From: an uncultured Gemmataceae bacterium
GTDB lineage: Bacteria; Planctomycetota; Planctomycetia; Gemmatales; Gemmataceae
Direction of reading: 5' to 3'
Assembly (NCBI GenBank): GCA_963750165.1
Contig: CAVVPN010000010.1
Location: 192,001 to 256,000 of the forward strand
DNA length: 64,000 bases
Shown here: positions 29,191-38,502 of the stretch, piece by piece
Layout of the letters: each line of letters opens with the position of its first letter
Numbering within the stretch: the first letter of the stretch is position 1
Made by a program: the position numbers and the translations under genes
The notes under the pieces: model-generated
Seen by the model: the letters and a program-made list of their open reading frames with translations, nothing else
What the model was told of the DNA's origin: nothing
The model's database searches: none

Positions 29191-29404
29191 TAGAACGGTT
29201 CACGCACGGTTTGCGCACAAGTGGCGGCGGGCACGGGCTGACCTCCAGCGGCCTGCGCTGCCACAGCAAGGGGGCCAAGGAGGCCAAGGGGGCCAACTTT
29301 TTCACACGTCGAGATTCGAGCCTGGGAGCGGCTCGCGCAGTTTGCAGGACGGTTCGGGAGCACGGGCCTGCCCTTCGTGGTCCACACCACTGCGAACCGC
29401 GCTA
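29191..29404. mobile_element. TA-flanked MITE-like element with AGAxCGGTTCAC...GxGAACCGC arms carrying the 55-bp element
   Basis: Both arms match those of 33482-33606 in the opposite orientation. Confidence 0.65.
29262..29316 (+). repeat. 55-bp dispersed element, copy 2
   Basis: CACAGCAAGGGGGCCAAGGAGGCCAAGGGGGCCAACTTTTTCACACGTCGAGATT. Confidence 0.85.
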
Positions 29405-30457
29405 GTGCCGCATCGCGAAAACGGCCTTTCACGAAAACTGGAAATGGCGTATCTTGCCTGGTCCCTCGATTGTGAGGCAGGAGATCGACCAATGGCAGGG
29501 AAGGCCGCGAAGATCATTATCAGCGAAAGGCAGCAGGATCTGCTGAAGGAATTCAGCAAGTCACGCACGGTCGGCAAGTGCGTCGCGCAGCGGGCGACAA
29601 TCATTTTGCTGGGATTCGCCGGCCTGCTGAACGAAGAGATCGCTCTGCAGGTCGGCCTCAACCGGCAGCAGGTGGGCATCTGGCGGCAGCGGTGGCGGGA
29701 CGCCTGGGATTCGCTGTGCGTGTGGGAATGTCACCGAACCCCACCGTCTGCGTGAGGCGATCCTCGACGTTCTCTCCGACGCCCCGCGACCGGGTGCCCC
29801 GGCGACGTTCACCGCCGAGCAGGTGGCCCAGATCGTGGCGTTGGCGTGCGAGCCGCCGAAGTTGTCGGGCCGGCCGATCGACCACTGGACGCTCCGGGAA
29901 CTGCGCGACGAGGCGATCAAGCGGCAGATCGTGGCGGATATTTCCGTGTCTCAGGTCGGCCGCTTCCTGCAGCAGGCAGCCGTGCAGCCGCACCGCAAGA
30001 AAATGTGGCTCAACACCACGGAGAAGGACCCCCAGAAGTTCCAGGCCGAGGTCGAAAATGTTTGCCGAACCTACCTCGAGGCAGCGGCGAAGGCGGCGAC
30101 CGATGGCACGCACACGGTGAGCGTGGACGAGGCGACCTCGCTGCAGGCCATCGAGCGGAACGCCCCCGACAAGCCGGCGAAACCCGACAGCGTGGCGAAG
30201 CAGGAATTCGAATACACCCGGCACGGGACGACGACGCTGACGGCAGGTCTGGACGTGGTGACGGGGATGATCGTCTGCCCGACGCTGGAGGCGACCCGTA
30301 CCGAACCGGAGTTCGTCGAGCACATCGCCCGGACCGTGGACACCGACCCCGCCGCCGAATGGATCTTCGTGGTCGACTGCCTCAACACGCACATGTCGGA
30401 AAGCCTGGTGAAGTTCGTCGCCGAACGCTGCGGACTGCCCGACGCGCTGGGAAAAAA
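29403..30457 (+). mobile_element. IS630-family element, 3'-truncated; transposase pseudogene from ATG 29492 with a frameshift near 29730
   Basis: Left end TAGTGCCGCATC; HTH (DAPRPGAP..FT..Q..IVALAC, HWT); DDE motifs VDE, EYTRHGT, DCLNTH; breaks at LGK where the next IS begins. Confidence 0.9.
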
Positions 30458-32146
30458 CCTAGGACAGCAAAGTCGGCTGGAGCAGTTTTTCCTCCAACTG
30501 TTGGAGGAACGCCCGGGGATTGCGCCGGAACCGTGTGCGGTTGACTCGGCGGCGGCGGCGGGACTCCAGGTGTTGGCGGAGTTCCGCCTGCCTGGCCGGG
30601 TCTGCCTCCGCCAACTCTTCCGCTGTGTAGAGGTGCTGCCGGGTCGCCGCGGCCGCCAACACGCGGGCCTCCCCACGGAGCACCAGACTCGGGGATGCCC
30701 CTTTGCGGCCGCTGGCCCGGCGCTCGTGGTACCGATGGCTGCCGAAGAACTGCTCCAGGTCGTTGTTGGTCCGCGGCAAGTCGGCTACCGCGTAGCAGTG
30801 GAACAACCCCGGCCAGTAACTCCGGGTGACCTTCACGAAGTGCTCGACCCCGCTGGCCAACACCCCTGCCAACCGGCGCTGCCGCGTCATCGCCCCCAGC
30901 AGGCCGCCCAAACGTCGGCGCACCGTCACCGCCACCCCGGGGCCGTGCTCGCCCAGCAGGGGGGCCACTTGCCACACCCAGGCGTAGGCCACGCGCACGG
31001 GCGGCCACAGGGGCGCCGTCGCCGCCAACGCCACCACCAGCAATTGCCTCAGCCGGACGAGTTCTTTGGGGAGCCCCTTTTTTCGGCCACCCCGTCCAGG
31101 CTGGCCACCACGGCGGACAGGCGGTCGTGGAGTTGCAGACCGGAGGCTTCCAGGGGCGGCCGGCCGTCGTCGGTCACGGCGCTGCGGACGGCGTCGCAGT
31201 ACCCCTGGATGGCCGGGGCTTCCGGGTCGGTGCGGCCCTCCAGTTGCCGCTCGAGCGGGCGCACGCCGCGGACGCGCTTCTTGAGTTCCTTCTTGGCATG
31301 ACGGTCGGCCTCGTAGATCGGCCGGGCGGCCTCGCGGAGGTAGTGGAAGTGGCAGAGTTGGTGCGGCACGCCGGGCAAGGCTTCGGCCACGGCCTTACGG
31401 ATGGAGTGTTGGCCGTCGGAGACCACGCCCGTGATCGGCACCGCCAGGCCGTCGCGCACCTGGCCGAGCAGGGCCGCCAGGTCCTGCTGCCGGCTGGACA
31501 ACAGGCTGCGGGCCAGCAGGACGGTGCCGGACAGGCAGTCGCGCAACACCCAGAGCACTTCGTGGCCGACGTCGGGCTGCAGGCCGTCGATGGCCAGGAG
31601 GACTCGGCCCTGCGCGGCGAGCAGGCCGTGCAGGCGGCCGGCGTCGGTCAGGGTGACGGCCAGCAACTCGTCGTAGCGCTCCAGGAGGTTAGTGACGGTG
31701 CGCTCGGCGATGGCCAGGCCCCGGGCGACCAGGTGCTGGTGGATTTCGGGGACGGAGCGGTGTTCGGCGTAGCGCAGGGCACCGACCTGGGCGATGACGT
31801 CCAGGCCGAACTCGTGCTGGGGCAGAGCGTGGCGGCCCTCGGCCTCGGGGCGGTAGGACTGCAGGTAGCGTGGGCAGTCGGCGTGGTGGCAGCGGCGGAC
31901 GTGGAGCACAAGCCGCGTCAGGCCCAGGAGTGTGGCGACCGTCCGGCGGTTGCAGTAGTCGGCCCACATCGGCTGCTGGCAGTCGGGGCAATGCTGGTAC
32001 AGCACCTGCAAATGCTCGAGGTGGGTCGGTTCGGGACGGGACACCTTCCTGGCCATGGCAAGCTCCTGGGTTGGGAACGCTAAAGCGTATCCAAAAGCCA
32101 GGTTAACTGTCCAGCCGGCTTTGCCGTCCTGGTTTTTTTCGGCACC
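30451..32146 (-). mobile_element. Complete IS (ISNCY/ISAtsp1-like DDE element) with ~30-bp terminal IRs
   Basis: GAAAAAACCTAGGACAGCAAAGTCGGCTGG (30451-30480) vs CCAGCCGGCTTTGCCGTCCTGGTTTTTTTC (32111-32140). Confidence 0.8.
30459..32056 (-). CDS. Transposase in two ORFs (31049..32056 and 30459..~31085) joined by a likely -1 frameshift at GAAAAAAGGGG
   Basis: Zn ribbon CPDC; IDGLQPDVGHEVLW, VSDGQ, QLCHFH, RTNNDLEQFFG; A6G4 at 31074-31083. Confidence 0.85.
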
Positions 32147-32161
32147 TGAAGAGGGCACGTC

Positions 32162-33313
32162 ATGAGCAAAACAGGCACGGCAGTGGTGGGCACGGGGTTC
32201 ATTGGCCCGGTCCACGTCGAGGCGCTGCGGCGGCTGGGCCGCGAAGTGGTCGGCGTCCTCGGCTCGACACCCGAGCGCAGCCGCCAGGCCGCCCGGCAAC
32301 TGGGGCTGGCGACGGCGTACGAGCGCTACGAGGACGTGCTCGCCGACCCCGCCGTCAACGTGATCCACCTGACCTCGCCCAACCGGCTGCACTACCAGCA
32401 GTGCAAGGCGGCCCTGGCTACGGGCAAGCACGTCGTCTGCGAGAAGCCGCTGGCGATGAACGCACAGGAGACGGCGGAACTGCTGGACCTGGCGGCGCGG
32501 GCGCCGGTGGTGACGGCGGTGAACTACAACGTCCGCTACTATCCGTTGAACCTGGAAGCGCGGCAGCGCATCGCCGACGGCCAACTCGGGGCCGTCCACC
32601 ATGTCACGGGCGCCTACGTGCAGGACTGGTTGCTGTACGAGACGGATTTCAACTGGCGCGTGCTGGCGGAGGAGGGCGGCGCCCTGCGGGCGGTCGCGGA
32701 CATCGGCACGCACTGGCTGGACCTGGTGACGGCGGTGACGGGACTGCGCGTGACGCAGGTGTGCGCCGACCTGCGCACGGTGCTGCCGACACGCCAGCGG
32801 CCGCGCGGTTCGGTTGAGACGTTTCAGAGCAAATTCGGCGGCGGCGGCGCGACGGAGCCGGTGGCGATCACGACGGAGGACTACGCCAGTGTGTTGCTGC
32901 GCTTCGACACGGACGCGACGGGCTGTTTCACGGTGTCGCAGGTGACGGCGGGCCGCAAGAACTGCTGCCGTTATGAAATCGCCGGGGCGCGGGCGTCGTT
33001 CGCCTGGGACAGCGAACGGCCCAACGAATTGTGGATCGGCTACCGCGACCGGGCCAACGAACTGCTGCTGCGCGACCCGGCACTGCTGCACGGCAGCGTC
33101 CGCCACTTCACCAACTACCCCGGCGGCCACAACGAGGGCTTTCCCGACACGTTCAAGCAACTGTACCGGGCCGTCTATGACTACATCGATGCTGGGGACA
33201 TGACGGCGCCGCGCGACTTCCCGACGTTCGAGGACGGGCACCGCGAAGTGGAGCTGTGCGACGCCATTTTGCAGAGTTACCAGGAAAAACGCTGGGTGGA
33301 CGTGGGTTCCTGA
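32162..33313 (+). CDS. Gfo/Idh/MocA-family oxidoreductase
   Basis: VVGTGFIG, GKHVVCEKPLA, DIGTHWLD. Confidence 0.93.
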   Translation: MSKTGTAVVGTGFIGPVHVEALRRLGREVVGVLGSTPERSRQAARQLGLATAYERYEDVLADPAVNVIHLTSPNRLHYQQCKAALATGKHVVCEKPLAMNAQETAELLDLAARAPVVTAVNYNVRYYPLNLEARQRIADGQLGAVHHVTGAYVQDWLLYETDFNWRVLAEEGGALRAVADIGTHWLDLVTAVTGLRVTQVCADLRTVLPTRQRPRGSVETFQSKFGGGGATEPVAITTEDYASVLLRFDTDATGCFTVSQVTAGRKNCCRYEIAGARASFAWDSERPNELWIGYRDRANELLLRDPALLHGSVRHFTNYPGGHNEGFPDTFKQLYRAVYDYIDAGDMTAPRDFPTFEDGHREVELCDAILQSYQEKRWVDVGS

Positions 33314-33359
33314 AGCCGAGGACGGTCGGCACGGCCCGTCTCCCGCTGGCGCGGGTTGC

Positions 33360-33414
33360 CACAGCAAGGGAGCCAAGGGAGCCAAGGGAGCCAACTTTTT
33401 TACGTGTCGAGAAT
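33360..33414 (+). repeat. 55-bp dispersed element, copy 3
   Basis: CACAGCAAGGGAGCCAAGGGAGCCAAGGGAGCCAACTTTTTTACGTGTCGAGAAT. Confidence 0.85.
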
Positions 33415-33481
33415 GGCACCGACTGGCGCCATGAACCGCAGCCCTTGTCCCCGAAGTGGGCCCGGACAGGATATAAAACGG

Positions 33482-33606
33482 GTAGAGCGGTTCACAGTCG
33501 CTTGGACCACGAACCGTAGGACGGCTCTCCAGAGCCGTCGGAGCGACGAGACGGCTCTGGAGAGCCGTCCTACAACTGGTGCGCAAGCCGACCGTGAACC
33601 GCTTGA
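33482..33606. repeat. MITE-like arms enclosing a GTAG-type REP doublet
   Basis: Inner GTAGGACGGCTCTCCAGAGCCGTC / GACGGCTCTGGAGAGCCGTCCTAC; outer GAGCGGTTCAC / GTGAACCGCT. Confidence 0.8.
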
Positions 33607-33651
33607 GTTCTCAAGAAGTCTCCACGTCGCTATCCAGAAAGGTGGCCCCCC

Positions 33652-35616
33652 ATGACTCCTGTGTGCCGTCGCGGTGCGCTCCTGCTGGCCTTGCTGCTGG
33701 CTCCGTCCGTCCTGCCGGCGCGAGGGGGCGACCCCAAGGGCAAGCCGGTAACCGGCACCGACGCCCTGGGCGATCCGCTGCCCCGCCAGGCGGTCCACCG
33801 CCTGGGCACGCAACGCCTTCGCCACACGGACATGGTGCTGGACGTGACCTTCTCGCCCGACGGCAAGGTGATTGCCTCGGCGAGCATGGACGGAAGCGTC
33901 CGCGTCTGGGACCGGACGACGGGGAAGGAACTGCGTCGCGCTCCGCAGTTTCATCACCTTGTGGGTGTGGTCTTTTCACCCGACGACAGCACGCTGGCCA
34001 TCGGCGACGCCCACGGCGTCTGGATGTGGGACTGGCGAGGGAAGCGCACGCCGCAGTTGTTCGCCCAGGCGGACAAGGTGAACCCCGGGTCGGATGATTC
34101 CGGCATCCTGATCGTCACCGGGATCACCTGCTCCGCCGACAGGAAACTGCTGGCGTGGGTGGACGCTGGCGGCCAGCTGTGCGTGCGCGACGTGGCCAGC
34201 AAAAAGGACGTGTTACGCTTCAAGGGACCGAAAGGGCTGCGGACCCAACTGGATGGCCGGAGTCGTGCCCTGGCCCTGTCCCCCGACGCCAAACTCCTGG
34301 CCTACCCGTTGGAAGGTCACGCCGTCCGGGTCTGGAGTGTACAGACCCGCAAGGAGGTTCTGCGCCTGGACCGTCACCGGGACACGGTGAACACGGTCGC
34401 CTTCTCGCCGGACGGCCGCGTGCTGGCCACGGGCAGCTTTGACGGGACGGTACGGCTGTGGGAGGTGGCGTCGGGCAAGGAGCGGTTGGTCCTGGACGAC
34501 CTCGGCTGGTGTTCCAGGGTGGTTTTCTCCGCGGACGGCCGGATGCTCGCCACGGGAGACCACGACGGGGTGATTTGCCTCTGGGCACTGCCCGAAGGCA
34601 AACTGCTGCGGAAACTCCAGGGTCCGGGCAACGCCGTCCTGAGCGTGGCGCTATCCCCGGACGGCAAGACGCTGGCGGCGGTCGGCGAGGACGAGGCCGT
34701 GCGTCGCTGGGACGTGGCCACCGGCCAGGAACTCAACCTGGGGGACGGCCACCGCGCCCGCATCGAGGTGGTGGCGTACCGGCCGGACGGCAAGGCCCTG
34801 CTCACCGCCAGCCGCGACCGGACAGTGCGCTGCTGGGACGGCGCCACCGGCAAGCTCCTGTACCACGTTCCGGCGTTCGACCAGTGGCGGCTGGACCTGG
34901 TCCTGTCGCCGGACGGCAAGCAGTTCGCCACCGCGGGCAACGGCGCGCCCTTGCGGCTGTGGGACGCGGCCACAGGCAAACCTGTCGCCACGTTTGACCG
35001 GTGGAAAGGGGCCAAGTCCCTCGCCTTCTGCCAGGGCGGCAAGGTGCTGGCCTTCACCCGAGACGAGAAGCGGGCGCGGCTGCTGGAACTGACGACCGGC
35101 AAAGAACTGCCGTCCCTGGAAACCTCCAAGTGGGTGTGGTTCGTCCGCAACTCCCCCGACGGGAAGCGGCTGGCCCTCGTGTGCGACGGTCGAATCGAAG
35201 TCTGGGATTTGGAGGCGTGCAAGCGCCTGTGGGCACACGACGTGGATTCCAGTGAACATTGCGTGGCCTTCAGCCCGGACGGCAAACGGCTGGCCGCCGG
35301 CAACAGTGGGGACCGCGACGGCATCCTGATCGAATACGACGCCGCCACGGGAAAGCCCCTGGCCAACTACCGGGCGGAAAATTCCCGCCCGGCCAATTGC
35401 GTCTCCTACGTGAGCGACCGGTATCTGGCGTGTGGCCGGGACGACGGCCGTATTCAGCTCTGGGAAGTCGGCGCGAAGAGGCCGCCCCTGCTCTTCGAGG
35501 GCAACAACGGGCCGGTGCTGGCGTTGGCCGGCGCTGCGGACGGCCGGACGTTCCTGTCCGGACACGCCGACTCCACGGCGCTGCTGTGGGCGAACCCGCA
35601 TATTAAGGGACGTTGA
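33652..35616 (+). CDS. Exported WD40-repeat protein
   Basis: Signal peptide; TDALGDPLPRQAVHRLG; multiple FSPDG...WD repeats. Confidence 0.9.
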   Translation: MTPVCRRGALLLALLLAPSVLPARGGDPKGKPVTGTDALGDPLPRQAVHRLGTQRLRHTDMVLDVTFSPDGKVIASASMDGSVRVWDRTTGKELRRAPQFHHLVGVVFSPDDSTLAIGDAHGVWMWDWRGKRTPQLFAQADKVNPGSDDSGILIVTGITCSADRKLLAWVDAGGQLCVRDVASKKDVLRFKGPKGLRTQLDGRSRALALSPDAKLLAYPLEGHAVRVWSVQTRKEVLRLDRHRDTVNTVAFSPDGRVLATGSFDGTVRLWEVASGKERLVLDDLGWCSRVVFSADGRMLATGDHDGVICLWALPEGKLLRKLQGPGNAVLSVALSPDGKTLAAVGEDEAVRRWDVATGQELNLGDGHRARIEVVAYRPDGKALLTASRDRTVRCWDGATGKLLYHVPAFDQWRLDLVLSPDGKQFATAGNGAPLRLWDAATGKPVATFDRWKGAKSLAFCQGGKVLAFTRDEKRARLLELTTGKELPSLETSKWVWFVRNSPDGKRLALVCDGRIEVWDLEACKRLWAHDVDSSEHCVAFSPDGKRLAAGNSGDRDGILIEYDAATGKPLANYRAENSRPANCVSYVSDRYLACGRDDGRIQLWEVGAKRPPLLFEGNNGPVLALAGAADGRTFLSGHADSTALLWANPHIKGR

Positions 35617-35701
35617 CGGTTGTCTTGGTTCGTAGTTCCGCCTTCAGGCGGGTTCGAGCGAAGACCGGCCCCTTTCGTCACTGCCCCCAAGCAGCCGGAC
35701 G

Positions 35702-35805
35702 GGGTTGTGCTGCGCTTTTTGGAGTGCGGCGATTCATCGCCGCTTTTCCGCGCGACCAAAAAGCGGCGATAAATCGCCGCACTCCAAAAAGCGCAGCACA
35801 ACCCC
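35702..35805. repeat. REP doublet GGAGTGCGGCGATT(C/T)ATCGCCGCTTT with extended arms
   Basis: Long near-perfect palindrome between convergent genes. Confidence 0.85.
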
Positions 35806-35820
35806 TCCCTATCCTTAGCG

Positions 35821-36705
35821 TCACCGCCGACCGACGGCGCGCAGCGCCTCCAGAAACTGCTGCACCAGCGGCCCGTGATAGCGGCGCCGCGGCCAGACCA
35901 TCGCCAGCGTCCGCGTCGGCCGCGTGCCGGCCAGCGAGCGGTACGTGCAGCGCTTGCCGCTGTCGGCGGCGCAGGCCATTGCCGGCACCAGCGACACGCC
36001 ACGGCCCACCGCCACCAGTTCCTGCACCGTCAACAGCTGAGCACCGCGGCAGCGCACCGGCAGCGGACAGCCCGGGCGCTCGCAAAAACGGATGATTTGT
36101 TTGCCCAGGCAGTGCATCTCGTCGAGCACCACGAACGGCTCGGCGCTGAGGTCTTCCAGCGTGATCTGCCGCTTGCGGCTCAGCCGATGTTTCGGCGGCA
36201 GGGCGAGCAACAGTTCCTCGCTGAACAGCGGCTCCACTTCCAACCGCTTCTCGGTCACGGGCAGCGCGACCACGCCGACGTCCAGCTCGCCCTCCAGGCA
36301 GCCGCGCAGGGTGTGCTCGGTCAGGTGTTCGACCAGCGCGATCTCCGCCCGGGGGTGCGCCAGGGCGAACTGATGCAGCAGCGGCGGCAGCAGGTACGGC
36401 GCCACGGTGGGGATGGCCCCGATGGTGACGGTGCCCTGTTCTGGGTCGGTGGCCGCTTCGATGAGCGACTTGACCTCCTCGACCGCGCCCAGGATGGCCT
36501 CGGCCGTGGGTAGCAGCGCCCGGCCGGCGGCGGTGAGGCGCACGTCGCGGCGGCGGCGTTGGAACAGCGGTTGACCCAGCTCGCGCTCCAGCTTGATGAT
36601 TTGCTGGCTCAGCGACGGTTGCGAGATGTAGCACTGCTGGGCGGCCCGCGTGAAGTTCCGCAGTTCGGCCACGGCGAGAAAGTAGCGCAGTTGATGGATC
36701 TCCAT
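35821..36705 (-). CDS. LysR-family regulator, OxyR-like
   Basis: HTH (NFTRAAQQCYISQPSLSQQI), GAIPTVAPYLLP, LDEMHCLGKQIIRFC. Confidence 0.92.
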   Translation of the reverse strand: MEIHQLRYFLAVAELRNFTRAAQQCYISQPSLSQQIIKLERELGQPLFQRRRRDVRLTAAGRALLPTAEAILGAVEEVKSLIEAATDPEQGTVTIGAIPTVAPYLLPPLLHQFALAHPRAEIALVEHLTEHTLRGCLEGELDVGVVALPVTEKRLEVEPLFSEELLLALPPKHRLSRKRQITLEDLSAEPFVVLDEMHCLGKQIIRFCERPGCPLPVRCRGAQLLTVQELVAVGRGVSLVPAMACAADSGKRCTYRSLAGTRPTRTLAMVWPRRRYHGPLVQQFLEALRAVGRR

Positions 36706-36725
36706 GCGCGGCGCCTCTCATTTGC

Positions 36726-36740
36726 ATAGGGAGAATTTAT
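36726..36740. promoter_or_regulatory. LysR/OxyR-type box ATAG-N7-TTAT
   Basis: ATAGGGAGAATTTAT 21 bp upstream of the LysR start in the divergent intergenic region. Confidence 0.5.
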
Positions 36741-36852
36741 TGTACAAGCCGTCGCGGCCACGGCAGGATACACAACATTCGCGGCGCCCGCAGGCCGACA
36801 CGTCGTCGTTCCGCGACCGGCGCCGCTGCCAGAAGTACGGGAGGGTTTCGTC

Positions 36853-38270
36853 ATGAGACGCTGTGCATGCCTGGCCGGCCTCGCCATCCTGGCGACGCTG
36901 GCGGCCGCTGTCGCCCTCACACTGTCGCGGCCCGGGGAACGGGTCGCCGCCCAGAACCCGGCCGCGCCGGCCAAGGAGCCGGCGCCCAGCAGGAGAAGCC
37001 GTTTGCCACGATTGTGCAGGAGAAGTCCGCCGAGAAGCCCATGCTCCAGGCACGCCAGCAGGCGCTGCTCAAGGAGCGCTACGACCTGGCCGACAAGCCC
37101 CTCAAGGGCGTGATGATGTCGGCCAAGCGCAAGCCGGTGCAGGGCGGCGTCCGCGTCAGGCTGCCCCAGGGGGTCACCTGGGAGGAGCTGGCCAGGATGA
37201 CGCCCGCGGATATCAAGGCAAAAGGACTGTGGCCGAAGGGCTTCCTGCCGCTGCCGCACCCCAATCAGCCCGAGGGCGGTATGCTGTTCCCGAAGCTGCA
37301 AATCGACGAGATCAAGAAGCAGGAAGGCCGCGACCTGTCCCGCTACGACCTGGACTTCGACCTGCCCGACCACTTCCTGCCGGAGTTCCCGCCGCCCATC
37401 TTCCTGACCACGCGCCTCGACCTGGGCGACGTGTCGAAGGGCAACCTGGTGACCATCGCCAACTACTACGACCTGTTCAAGGACATCATGAATCCGAAAC
37501 AGCTGGAAGGGATGCGGCTGCTGTTGACGCCGTTCCCGCAGCAGCAGTTCAACGCCACCGATGGGCGACGGTCGCTCAAGCCGAGCCTGGGCGTGACCTG
37601 CTTCGACTGCCACGTCAACGGCCACACCAACGCGGCAACGCACCTGGTCGGCGACATTCGGCCGCAGGCGTTCCGCCACCGTATTGATGTGCCGTCGCTG
37701 CGCGGCGCCAACATCGCGAAGCTGTTCGGCTCGCAGCGGGCGCTGCGCTCGGTGGAGGACTTCACCGAGTTCGAGCAGCGCGCCGCCTACTTCGACGGCG
37801 AGATCGACAAGGCGGTCAAAAAGGGCATCAACGTGCTGGACCGCGGCGGTCAGGTCCACGCGATGGCGGAGGTGCAGGAACTGTTCGACTTCCCGCCGGC
37901 GCCGAAACTGGACGTGTTCGGCCGCCTGAACAAGAAGGCGACCAAGCAGGAACTGCGCGGCGAGCAGCTGTTCCACGGCAAGGCCAAATGTGCCGAGTGC
38001 CATCCGGCGCCGTTCTACACCGACGGCCTGATGCACAACCTGAAAACGGAGCGTTTCTTCAAGAAGCAGATGATCAACGGCCGCATGGCCGCGGTGGACG
38101 GGCCGATCAAGACGTTCGCGCTGCGCGGCATCAAGGATTCGCCGCCGTACCTGCACGACGGCCGGCTGCTGACGCTGGAGGACACCGTTGAGTTCTTCAA
38201 CCTGGTGCTGGAACGCAACCTGACCGCGGAGGAGAAGGCGGACCTGGTGGCGTTCCTGCGCTGCCTGTGA
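36853..38270 (+). CDS. Exported di-heme cytochrome c peroxidase/MauG-superfamily protein ('cytochrome B6'-type annotation); frameshift near 36987
   Basis: Signal peptide in ORF 36853; CFDCH, CAECH and PPYLHDG in ORF 36867; adding one C to CCC joins the frames. Confidence 0.85.
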
Positions 38271-38301
38271 CGCGCGGACTGGCGCTTGCGGTGTGAGCGA
38301 A

Positions 38302-38444
38302 CGTGGGATAGGCTGGCAGCTTGTTGTGGAGGATGACAGGTTGCCGGCCTGTCCCACGACTGTTAGCGGGCGTGGCGTTTGGGGGTAGCGGAAGTCGCCA
38401 GACTTCCGTGCGGCGCTGCTCGGAAGTCTGGCGACTTCCGCTAC
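38302..38444. repeat. REP cluster: GTGG-type doublet (38302-38358) and GTAG-type doublet (38385-38444)
   Basis: GTAGCGGAAGTCGCCAGACTTCCG doublet recurs at 60259-60315. Confidence 0.85.
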
Positions 38445-38502
38445 AGAAGAAAAGACCCGCAGATTCGCAGGCTTCCTGTTTTTCAACTGAGGAGACACCA
38501 AC

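Noticed and set aside
29823..31301. 492-aa ORF as a novel fusion protein
   Set aside because: Truncated IS630 transposase reading through the antisense strand of the second IS
18978..33414. GCCAAGGG or heptamer repeats as a CRISPR array
   Set aside because: No repeat-spacer periodicity and no cas genes
31049..33586. 845-aa ORF as one giant transposase
   Set aside because: N-terminal ~510 aa is antisense to the oxidoreductase; real start is MARKVS at 32056
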